NCBI GenBank assembly: GCA_000934665.2
Contig: KZ538147.1
Span: forward strand, 1 to 64,000
Source of the DNA: Catajapyx aquilonaris
Lineage: Eukaryota
DNA length: 64,000 nucleotides
Direction: 5' to 3'
How positions within the stretch are numbered: the first letter of the stretch is position 1; every line of letters begins with the position of its first letter. Made by a program: the position numbers and the translations under genes. Below the pieces are notes generated by a model. The model was not told the origin of the DNA and made no database searches. It saw only the letters and a list, made by a program, of their open reading frames with translations. Positions 1 through 12,130 of the stretch are shown here, piece by piece.

Positions 1-1505
1 AGAAGGTAACATACGTGACAGGCAGAAAAAATACGCAGCAACCTTGAGAGAAAACAGGGCCCGCCTCCTCCTTGTCCAGCACTCATCTTCCAATTGACAA
101 ATGATTCCATCGCGACTGAATCTATGATACACTTGGGCATTTTACTGCCCTATTTTGAGCGATTTCACAAGTTCCTACAAGGGTGCCAGTCAGATGGTAA
201 CAGAGTGTGACGATGTCACGCTTCACATGCTTAAATGATTTGCAAAATTTAGTTATATGTTAAATGACAATGATATGTATAAATTTTGGGGTATCCAATG
301 GTAACAAGCGTAAAAAAAATTGGGTTCAAAAAATCCGGGTACTGACACAGCTGTATGAAATTCACAAATGACTAATGTTGCTATCGGCTTCACCTCATTT
401 CAATACACTTTTCATCATTTTTTATTTAGTTACATATGACTGAATGTATTCAAATCCATGTTTTTGATATCAAATGAACACATATGAATGTCTCGTTCAC
501 GTAAATGAAAAATGACTTGCAGGATTGGTCACAGTTATTAATATTATTCTTTTCTACATTGACACAGCAAATGCGCAAAAAAATGAAAATGCGACCCAGA
601 TAATACTTCGATTTCAACGCGGTTGCAGATATTTCAGGATTGCGTCGGTGAAATGATTTCACAGCCAGGGCATCTAACTAGACATAATACATTGCGTGTA
701 CTACAGAGTACACTAATCGAGTCGTGGTATCCTGCGTGTGGTATTTAGAATGTATGCATTGCTCTGGGCTTATCAGCTAACTCCTCCAGTACAATTGCCA
801 TTGCACAAAAACATTTAAGCTGTAATTTTTATGGAGCTGTTTATAAAGGAAACATGCCATTCAGATAACAGAGTGCTATAAAAAAAGGGTCATACCCATA
901 ATATGTACCCTCTCATTTTACTTTTGAATACCGGTATATTATTTACTTATTTCACTTATTTTATTTATTGTACCCCATTCGAGGGCAGTGCCCTTTTAGG
1001 TTTTTTTGAATATATTATTAAACGCGTGAAGTTCAATTACAATTTCAATTACAATTTAAGTAAATAATCCGATATTAACTTCTGCGCAATTTTTCCCATA
1101 ATTTGTAAAATAAAATAAAAATATGCACATGCCATACATTATTTTCAAAATAAATGTAACATAAAGACAATGTGGCAACCTCATTACTATATCTTATAGT
1201 GCCAAGAATAATAGCATATCTGGATACGGTGTACCGCATAAGCCTGGTATAAACTAACTAGAATTCAACAGTCAGCAGAATATTTCTCCATATCTCCAGC
1301 AAAGTTCACTAACATAATACCGATAAGAAAAATTCCATTAGCGGCAAACAAGTATATGTGAAAATGCACAAGAATGTGTGTCAACTCTGAGCATATTTTC
1401 ATCCAAAATATGCAGCTGGGCCACACATGCAAGCAAGCTTACGCTACTGCATGTGAAGCAGCAAACTAGTCACAGGATTTCAGAAGGATACCTCTGACTT
1501 TCAAG

Positions 1506-1745
1506 ATGCTGCCTGTAACTTTGCTGACTTGTGGCATCCTGATAATGGCAATCAGTGCCCCTAGCGTCGTATCAGATGACATGGAAAGGACACTGGGCCT
1601 GCTCAATTACCCTTGCCTGCAAGAAGAGTCATGCAATCTTGATTGTAAGAACCAGGGCTACCTCCGTGGGTTTTGTGCCCCTGGACGAACCTCAGAGGAA
1701 CTAGGATCTCGATTGCCTCTCTGCATCTGTCAGCAAAAAGAGTGA
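1506..1745 (+). CDS. Secreted CS-alpha-beta defensin/toxin-like peptide 1
   Basis: Hydrophobic signal peptide MLPVTLLTCGILIMAISAPSVVS, then C-x5-C-x3-C-x9-C-x15-C-x-C with GY..G.C (CLQEESCNLDCKNQGYLRGFC...CIC). The stop overlaps a GTGAGT donor at 1742, so a spliced ending (exon 1840-1870, ...QKEWVISYSRFP*, AATAAA at 1950) is possible. Confidence 0.8.
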   Translation: MLPVTLLTCGILIMAISAPSVVSDDMERTLGLLNYPCLQEESCNLDCKNQGYLRGFCAPGRTSEELGSRLPLCICQQKE

Positions 1746-2200
1746 GTCCAATAATCATTTCTCTAAAGTAATCTGCTGACCTCTTTTATATTATCAGTAA
1801 AATAATAAGTCTCTAGAAACTAATTGGCTTGCATTTCAGGTGGGTTATCTCGTATTCACGATTCCCATAGCAAGCATCATCTGGCAGTGACTTGCCCCAG
1901 GATCCTTTATGTATCTTGGACTGTTTGAACTAGTACAGTCGTATGCTGAAATAAATCAAAGTTATCTTAATTCTTAATTGTTATTTTCAAGCATCGCAGT
2001 GTTTCATGTAAGTCAACGTACCAGCCCCCAAAATATTACGCATGCAGCTCATAATATGTAGCTCTGAGTATCATTGTTGCTAGCCTAGAGAAAACTCTTG
2101 GGCAAAGAAATCTCGGTGGTTACCATAATATCTTGAATAGTGGGTGGGTGGGGAGAAAGTATGTAGTGGACCAAAAGTTGTGAAGTGGGCAGGACAAGCA

Positions 2201-2581
2201 ATGTACATTCGTTTCAAATTGAACAGTATTTCTCAAGAAATAACACCACTGACAGGTCTGTTCTGCTTGCTGCTAATACTCCACCCAGCGAATGGTAATA
2301 GACTCCATTTGGGTAAGATACAGTTATATACACATATTTTGCAAAGCACAAGTTAGTAATGTGAAGCTGATGGTTTAGATCCACTTCTTCATGAAACCTT
2401 CCATGTGAGAGGATGGTTTCGCCCATGCTGGTCAGCCATGATCTGTGCTCTAGCCTGTGAGCAGGAAGGCTACGACACAGGAGCCTGCCTTCCACCCACA
2501 GTGGGTGACAGTGGACCGAAGCTTGATATTTGTTCCTGTACGATCCACCCAATCCAAGGGAAAAAGTGGCATTTTATTTAA
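2201..2581 (+). CDS. Secreted CS-alpha-beta defensin/toxin-like peptide 2 (spliced; mature part not in ORF track)
   Basis: Exon 1 2201-2312 (MYIRFKLNSISQEITPLTGLFCLLLILHPANGNRLHL), phase-1 intron 2313-2378 (GTAAGA...GCTGAT...TTTAG), exon 2 2379-2581 DPLLHETFHVRGWFRPCWSAMICALACEQEGYDTGACLPPTVGDSGPKLDICSCTIHPIQGKKWHFI*. Pattern C-x5-C-x3-C-x9-C-x14-C-x-C; AATAAA at 2581. Start codon and donor (2295 vs 2313, both phase 1) are uncertain. Confidence 0.75.
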
Positions 2582-3099
2582 ATAAAACAACATTTATAAG
2601 CTTTGAATTACTTTATTATTTGCACTCAACTCCTTCTTCCTCCTTTCTTAGCTATTGTAGCCACTTATTTCCACGTCATTTGGTTGCAGGTCAGTGGTTT
2701 AAAAGGTATTGACTTGGGTTATTTCACTGCATACCAAAAACTTATTTAAAAACTCGTTTCCTTAAATAATGAATTGCAGCACCTACACAGCATCTGTGTT
2801 GACCTCATTCTGTAGCAATGTGATGAAAAGTCATGAGCCTCACTTGGGCCAAACTTTGGTCACTATCCACTACCCAGACTAAAAGGGATGCGGCATTGGG
2901 ACTGGCCATAAGACATAGCACTATTACAATTTAATAATAGTAGTTGTGTCTTTCTTATCAGCTGAAAGTAACATGATCTAAATGTCAATAGAAAACATTA
3001 CCTTCAGGGTACTTCGCCATCATAATATCAGCTGAAAGTAGCAGGCTATCCACTTCATCCACTGAAATACTTATTTCACTGAGAATATCAGAGGCAATT

Positions 3100-6000
3100 T
3101 CATAGCCTAGAACCATCTCGCCTCCTACGATGTCGGTTGTCATCGTCATTGTCGTCATCGTCGTCATCATCATCTTCATCGTCTGTGTCAAAGGAGGTGG
3201 TAGAAACAACACTGGGAGATCCCATAGGATCATCACCCATACTGACAATCACCATTGGAACAGGTGCAGTAGCAGCAGCAGTACTTGCAACAGTTTCTTT
3301 GGCCCCGCTGGCACTTCCACCAACCAATGCCGGTCCACCTCCACCTCCTCCAACCCCACTACTTCCTCCTCCACTCCCACCACTTCCCCCTTCATCTCCT
3401 CCACCACTACCACTTCCCCCTTTCTTCCCTGCAGATGTCTCCGATTCAGGATCCAACCCATCGTAACATTCCCTCAGGGCAGGAGCAGTCCCAGAATTGC
3501 ACTCCTCAATAGTTTTGCGCAGCTGCAAATATGTAATTGTTAATTAAGCTGCATCGCATTTCTGGTTTAAAAATTGCTACAGTATTATTTTAACTAATTT
3601 GTAAAGGTGTACCTCTGTAAGTGCCACAACTCCAACTAGTCTGCCAGTGCTTGTGACATATGCCAGTCGGACTCCCAGGAGGGAGAAGAGGGAGTGTACT
3701 TTGAGCAGGGACGTCCTCTCCACAAGCTGGAATGGGGCAGGGTCTACTCGGCACTGTTCAAACTTGACCAGTTGTGCCAGTTCATGTTCCTCCCATGCCT
3801 GCTGCTCCTCAGGAGACATGTCAATCACTCTCTCTTTCGGCTGCAAAGTAAATACGAATTTTTAAAGCAGGCATTTTAAGTTGATTTAATCATTGGTGTA
3901 GACCAATGCACAATGATTGTTACTTCCAGCTATAGTGTACTAGTACTTCATTTATTATTGATCTCTTTATGCAAATTTTACTGTCTAGTTTTCCCTGCAC
4001 TTCTAGGCCATACTTATATCAATTTCAATTTTTACTTACAGTAATACGGTATAAGCTACCTCCTTCCCACCTCCTTTCTTTTAAAAAAGCTCACATGTAC
4101 TGTAATCATCATAAGTGATAGAACATACCAATTGAACCTTCTTGGCAATAGATGGACTAGGAGGTGGAAGTCCATTGGTCGCAGCACCGGGTACTCCAGC
4201 AGCATCAGGATTGACATCCTGCAATGTAGCTGCCTTTCGGAAGACAGCCTCAAATGCCTGTCTCAGGCGAGACTCAGCCCCAGTGACTGTTGTGTAGGGA
4301 GTGGACATGCCCAGTTGGGCATGGGAAGGAGACAATGACTTGAGCGAAAAGGAATTTGTCTTCTTCAGGATGGACTTGGTGGGCAGCAATGGTGAGGGTG
4401 GTGGTATATGGAGTGGCTGCTGCAGCCGGAGGACATCTGGAGCTGGCACCACTTCAAACCGGGATTCACGCCGTCCAGTTCTGGCTGCTGCGGCCCGGTT
4501 CTGCTGCTCCAACAGTGCTTCCCTCCTTCGCCTTTCCTCCTCCTGCTGCTCCAGGAATATCTGTTGCCGTCTCTTCCTCTCTTCCTCCATCTGCTCCCTA
4601 GCCCTGTCCTGTGCCTCCCTCTGCCATTTGGCTGCCACCTGAATCCTCCTCTCCCTTCCCACTTGCTTCTCTAGTACCTTGACAAGCTCCATCCGTTGGA
4701 TAGATCCCAGCAGAATCATTGAGTCAGGACTGTCCACCAATGGAAATGAGCGGAGGGCTCTGTGTGCCCTGAGTAAGTGCCTCATCTGGAGGTAGTCCAT
4801 CCCTTTCCAGATGAAAACAACATCCCTAACCATAAAATCTGCTACCCTTAGTCGGTAGGCAGCAGCATTAGAAGGCAAGATGTCAGGCAGGTAAGGCAAG
4901 CGTTTGATCAGGATGATAGAATCGTATATTGATGGTTGCAGAAGGGCAGCCACCGCATTGGCCACCAGAACCGCAATCATCACAGGGATGATGTGAGTAA
5001 TTTGGCCAGTCATTTCAAACACAATCACTGAGATGCTAATGGTATGAGTGCTGGCTCCTGCTAGGGCAGCTGCTCCCACAACTGCATAGCCACCTGTAAA
5101 ATCAGATACAAAGTTACATCATCCTTGCATTTCTCATAATCATGACATCTGCTGCCTATGTAAATTCACTGTCAGTTGTAGCAAGAGCTCTTGGTTGTAG
5201 TACTGAATAATGCATCTACGTACTGTGTTAGAGTAAGTGTAAGGTAACAGGTCACAAATGGTCTACATTTAGTTTCATGAGATATGCGACATTTTAACAA
5301 ATATTTGAACAGGCACAGGGCAGATGATGTAAGCAAATCTATTACAGCATGTCCTAAAACTACCTTGTAAGAGCTAGGAAGTATGCACATTCCTCACCAT
5401 TTCAGGATCACCAGAGAAAGAGGCAAGATAGCTGCAGACATATACCTGGATTTATAGGCTGTACACCTCCCGTGGGACCATAGCTGAATCCCTCAGGAAA
5501 CCAAAGTGCCATGGCTTCACCCACCAACCGCCCAAGAGCAGCCCCAATCTTGAAGACAGGCACTAGGGATCCAGAAGGCACAGGAAGTGTAGAGGCCACA
5601 ATGGATGTCACCATCTGCAGAGTACACAAAATTAACATGAGCTCACATCAACTGACAGATGAATGTAGCCTATACCTGAGACCCATTATACTGTATCAGT
5701 ACGTTGGCATACATACCGTGAAACAAATGTAGAGGGCCAGGTTGATCAAGACCCCACTGTAGGGTGTAGTCCAATGAGACACAGTATTTGCCTGAGTCAC
5801 AGTAAGTTGCCCCTGTGTCCAAGTGAAGTTGGCAAAGAGGCTTGTAACTTGGTCATGGGTGGACAGGTCAGCAGCAAGAAATTGACCCAATCCAGGGGGA
5901 AACAGCAGTGATGCTATGGCAAAAGACACCAGCAGTGGGTACACGAATCGGCTATAAAAAGAAATTAATTTTGCTATGAAAGTTTTCATATAATGACGGA

Positions 6001-9000
6001 AAAACTTGGGTGGGTTTTAACTTTTTCAGGGAGCATGATTGTGAAAGTTTAATTTTACTGCGCATTTATGTTTGTACAGTAATTAGCATGCCAATTTGTG
6101 TCATGGGTCTTTAGTACAGATTACCTAGCTAATTATTCAAAAATACATACTTTTTCTGTAGGAATTCATTGACTTTTTTGCTGCGTCGCATAAATATCAC
6201 ATACTGACGATGACCCCACACAAATCCTGCTCCTGCCAGTCCACTGACCATCCTGTAAAATAAGGCAGTTAATAAAACCAATCATTAATTGGTGGACCCC
6301 AACATCTGATATTTTGCCATATTAATAGCAATCAATCAAATCAGAAAAACGTCTATCACATTTTACTGAAGAAACCAGTAAGTGGTTACTCAACAAAAAG
6401 GATCGCTGGAAACCAGTAACTTTCTCGTGCAAGGAATATCATTGCCCTTTTTAAAATTAATAATATAAATGGGTATTATTTTAATGCAGTGAATGTCACT
6501 ATTGAAATGCAATAATTCCTGCGTCCATCACAATATTACGAAGTAACTAAACAGTCGTGAACTGCAGCACTGTTATTAAATACGCACCCGAGCAGGGCGA
6601 AGACTAGAAGTTCCTGAATATCAAAAGGAAATTCCCTGGTGAGATGCGTCTTGAAAACTGGAGTAAGTGTTTCTGAAATCCAAAACATGAACACCTGAAG
6701 CACACTATATAACCCTGCACAACAAAAAGCAACAATTTAATTCGGCACCATTTCTTTACCATATATCATTTAACTGCAAATTATACTGCTGTACAGTACC
6801 ATTCAATAATATTAAATAAATAAACGTATCAGTCAATGTATCCTAGAGGTATGCAACCATCATCACTCGAGCAATATCAAGGTCCTTTTTTTCCTAGACC
6901 TTCATCGTGTTCGAGAGCTAGAGGCTGCATACCGCCAGAATACGTCAGTTCGACGACCTTTTTCAATGAAATTAGTGCAATTGTCCAGTTGGACAAAAAT
7001 AAAACACAAATGCATAAATACCTTGGTCCTCGAACCAGACCGCAAGAAGTCGAAAGGCCGTGGCTCCGCAAACAGCCGCAAAAAATCCCCTCCAGTAATT
7101 CCTGACTGCAAAATAAACTGCCGTAACCTCAATGGAGAACAAGACGCCACCGATGGGCGCCGCAAAGCAGCAGGCGACGCCCACGGCGCAGGCAGCAGCC
7201 AGCATCTCCGCCGCCCTGCTCTCGTTCTCATACAGCCTCTGGAAGGAGGTGACCAGCTTGGACAGGAGGGTGGCCACCACCGAGGCCACGTGCACGAAGG
7301 GGCCTTCCTTGCCCAGGGGCATCCCAGAGCCCAGGGCAGCGGTCAGGCCGACAGCTTTGGCCACAAGGGTGCGGAATGTCAGGTACTCCTTCAGGACCAC
7401 GCCTCGGAGGATGGTCTTCATCTCGGGGATGCCTGACCCGATGGCCTGCGGGGCCACCACGTGCACGAACCCGGCAGAGAAGAGCACCAGGAAGACAGGC
7501 AGCGAGATCCATGCCAGAAGCTGCAGGGCAGGATGGGTGGCTGCCAGGTCTCGGTACAGCCAGAGCCTGGCCCTGGTACAGACGGCCACTCCGTAGTCCA
7601 TGGCAAAGGAGAGGAGGGCCATGAAGATACCCAGGAGGGCCAAGAAGACCCAGTCCTCTCCAAGCCTGGCGAATGTGTGCCTCCAGGCCACGGACAAGGC
7701 CTTGGCCACCCAGCCGACCACCACTCCGTGGCCACCAGCTTTCCCCACCACCTGGCCACGTAGCTCCTTCTCTCGGCGACGACGACGACGCTCCTCCTCA
7801 TGCCTGCGACGCTTCTCCACTCTTCGAGCTTCATCCTTGGCGTACGAACCCAGTTCCTTCGTGTACCTTCCATACATCTGCGTAAAGGAACAAAACAGCG
7901 TCAGTTGGGATCTAAAACATATAGTTCAAGATATGACATGCAGAACCGTCAGAGTCACAATGCAAATAAACCGGTTATTAACCATGGTGTAAACGTAGTC
8001 CAGGTTCTGCCTGGACGATGACGGCGTGGCCATGCCAGGACCAGGGGCGGCCCCCGTGGCCGACGCCCGACGCGGGACGGATTCCAGGTCGTTCCCGATA
8101 TCCGAGTGCAACAACGGCGCTGTAGCAGTGGAGGAGATGTCCGAGTTGGCCATCAGGTCAGAGGTCAAGGTGCCCGACAACCTTCCAGACTGGTTTCTAT
8201 TCCGCCTCCCCTGGGCTCGAAGCGCCATATGCCTCGAATCTCCAAAGAAGCCCATCTGTTGGTACAACGCCAATCGCTCCTGAGACGATGCCGACGCCAC
8301 ATGTTGCTGCTGTTGCTGCGGATGATGCTGGATGATGCTGATGCTTCCCCTGCCCGGCGGTGACCCCGAAGACAGCAACGCAGCATCGCAAGAAGACCTA
8401 CTGCAACACGACCCAAACTCCAGGTCCTCTGACTCTCGAGCAGACAACGCCATGTCGGAATCGTCCTTACTAACACAACTCACTAGTAAGACGTCACTCT
8501 CCGCATACCGAACAACAAAGTCACGCCTGATTGTCCCCGGTGTGTTTCTAAGAAAATAATCAGCTAAATGGGAAAATATCCTAGATAAAGTCCCGCCCTG
8601 TTGGCAAACCGTGCCTGTCCTCGCACAATACCAGCCTGCTGCCTCCCTGACACCCACTGGACCTATTATCTATTCTTCTTGGAGTATCTTCCAACAACCC
8701 CCTCCCCCACCTCCTTACACCCCCACCAAATCTTCCCCCGACCTGCGTTGCCACTTGCTCTATACACCACTTAAATCACACCCTACATGATCACAAACCA
8801 TGTTATGTAGCCATTACCCTACTAATAAATAACAGGATCATTACACTAATTGCATCAATTTCTCTGATCAGCCCGATACATAAAGGTACCTGATGTGCGT
8901 ACAGGTCTCGTGCATGGCAACATGCATTCTTTCCTTCACAAGAGAAAGGCCATCAGTCTCGAGACCGATGCGAGATCACGTGTTGACGTCAAAGGTCCGC

Positions 9001-12000
9001 CCGCAGGACACCCTGAGGACATTTTCTCCCGGTAATTATTTGCCAGGTGAGCCAATCTTCCTAAGGGGACGATGCACAAAGAGAGCATCGGCAACAAGGG
9101 GGCGATCATCTCAGCAGGTTTATCCTTCTCCGGAGGCCAATTGAGCCCATGAGGTGATAGATCTACTCAGCGTCTCAATCTCAGTTCGCACGTCCTTTCC
9201 GAACCAGCATTGCTCAGCCATTGGCAAGAAATTCTGACTCCATTATATTCCAATTAGTGGCCAACGTCACAAACGCAATTAACCAGTGCATGTCCGATAC
9301 GTTAATATACACGTACCGGTACATGACATAATTATAATAGGGATATTGGTTACGGAAATTTAGGGATGTGTGTGCACTCATATGAAAGGGGGGCGACTGG
9401 TAGTTCCATATGAACCTGCAGGATTGTTTGCTTTGTCGTTGGTGCGCGAGCAAGCATTGATTACGGAACAATGCTTAGCGAATAATGAAATGGAGAGCCA
9501 GTCTGCAGCAGGCGAACACAGCAAGACTCGATGTGCACATAATGCCCCCTTACAATCGCCATACATACACTCACACAATGCAGAAAAATGGGCGTAAACA
9601 AACCCATCTCTTTCATTCAAACGCAATAACTGGCCTCTTCAGATAATATCATAATATTTACGCCAATTGAACCAAACTGCGACTTAATATTCCTGTAAAG
9701 AGGAAATTGCTGTCTGCTTTTAATATTTATGCAGTGATCTGGGCTTGTACCATTGTAAAAGTTGCGTCATATGTGCATGAATAAACTTAACAAGTGACTT
9801 TTTTTTCTGGGAGTGGTGGTCATAAAGATGTCCAGAAAGATAGCAAGGAGGCCAGGTCACGCACGTTCCGACCACCGGTAGATCTTAGCATTCGCCTAGA
9901 TCCATTAAGGCGCTCCTAATCTTCATTAAGTCAGCGTCCTCTCCGCCACTCTCTCATTAGCATGTTATTCAACACCAGACTTCTTCTTTCTCCCCGCCTT
10001 CCCATCATCTCCATACTGCTTGGTTGGCCCCCTGCCCTTTCAGGCCGCAATGACAATATTGCACTACTTATTACATGAATTGCACGTCATAAAAATTCAT
10101 CAAGTTTTATTTCTTGCGACATTTCATTTATTAGCTTCCCACCCGGATTGCTTATTCACAGCTCGAATGGTTCGTCATGTGTCGGAAGCGTGTATCCAAG
10201 GTCAATAGGTGCGACTAATTACTTGCATTTTACAGTCAGCACGCATTATGATCCAAGTTGAGATATGAAGAGAGAAGTTAGCTTAATCAGTGCCATGCTC
10301 TGTAATTAGTGGGGGGTTACGGGTGGAGGCCCTAAGCGTATAGCGTACCCTCATTAAGAGGTCAGCAGCTTAAGAGGATTAATTTTGATTCAAGTACGCC
10401 TCAGTGTTTGTAACAGTACATATCTATGAAGCCTGATTAGACAGTACAAACACAATTTTTTTATATGTACGTTGTGCAATATTTTGTCATACGTCTGCAC
10501 TACTTACATATTGCCAACTGGGTGAAACTGCCTTTTTTTATTGTCATACTGTATACTGATGAAAATTCAACATAGCTGAATTCTAAGTTGTCCAGGAACT
10601 AGCCTTGTGCGTCACGAATATTGGAAAGCGCATAAAATTAGTAGCTACTGCATAACGTACAGCATGGGGTATACTTTAGTTCAAAATGGTACCTGCCAAT
10701 CACGCTGGTGTAATTATATCATTAGATTCATAGCACATGCTGCAGATCCTGCCACACGTGTGAATCTATAACACTATCGTTTTGCTGATTACTTTTTCTA
10801 CAAATTGTTTGAACATCAGCGTTTGTGATTTCTGATCATTCCTACTGTATTAAATTGTATACATTGTGATGCTTTATAATCGTTCCAAAATAAGCATTAT
10901 ATTCAGCCAGATCTGAGCCGTCTCTTCATTCCTTCGAGTCCCACAGTGGTCACTCAATATTTCAACCATCAGTGTAGACTCAACTGTCAGTTATCGAACA
11001 CATTTTTGGCATCAGACCAATATTCGATTTACTCAGTCTTATCACCTGCTATGGCCTGGGGTGGGATAGGTCAGGTTTATGTTGGGTTACGCAATGCATT
11101 AAAATATACGTCCGGTTCAAGCAGTGTGCTACTTTAAAAAATTCCCCACATGCAGACTTACTAATCAAAACTGACAGCGACATTTGTTGACATTCCCCAT
11201 GCATAATAAGGCTGGATTCGTCATTGTATGTCTAAATACGTGTACTAGTAATACCCCCAATACATGACATCCGCCTGTGCGTGTAACAGTTACATTCGAG
11301 TCTACAAAAATTCTGCGAGTTCACGTCAATTGAATAAAAATAGCAACATGACGGAAGCAGTGACGCAAGAAGAAAAACAGTCTGGAATATCAGCAGAACG
11401 AATGCGGATCAGGCTCATGTTGAGAATGTAGACTGAATAACAAGGCACAGAGAAGGTGTACGATGACGTGTGCTGCTGTATAGGGGACGATAGAGTAGTG
11501 ACATTGAATCCGGCTCAATCTGTTACATCTTACGCCACGAGAAGAATGCAGATTGCACCGGTAACCCCGTCGCTTGACATTATTCTGTACTGGAGAAAAC
11601 TTGCCAAAGTGCTCTGGCCTGATGCTCTAACAGGCGACACTGACACTATTCATTTGCCTCATTGTGATTTCAGCTGGGCCAAGGTCGGCTCGGATATGAC
11701 TTATTTTATTACACAGTGCATCAACATGATGACCCCGAATTTGTGACATTAATGGTCTCATCGCGCAATTTTTGACCCAATTTTCCATCGTGTTGGTAAG
11801 GTATGCATTCAATAGTAGGCCTACATCACAAAATATGTTGAACTTAGATTCCACAAGAAGGAAAATCCGGCAGGTGCGTGCAGAGAACTACTCTTGCTCT
11901 CAGACTATAATTTAACTGCAGAAAATTAAAGAGTTGTCAGCACCAGGAAAGTGAAGGGTCAGTCTCATTGTTCGCTTGTTTTTACTATCTCCGTACCTAT

Positions 12001-12071
12001 TGACAACAATGTGGCTTATTAAGGAACTGTGTAGCAAGTGATGTTATATCCCACATATGCAGTACACGCGT

Positions 12072-12130
<59 letters not shown>

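Noticed and set aside
1..110. Short minus-strand open frame (MSAGQGGGGPCFLSR) running toward the window edge
   Set aside because: It could be the first exon of a neighbouring gene but is too short and truncated to support.
6390..6446. Frame-preserving 57-nt candidate cassette exon in ClC-a ([18 protein letters not shown])
   Set aside because: Weak purine-rich acceptor (AAAAAG), and it would interrupt a conserved TM helix; unsupported without RNA data.
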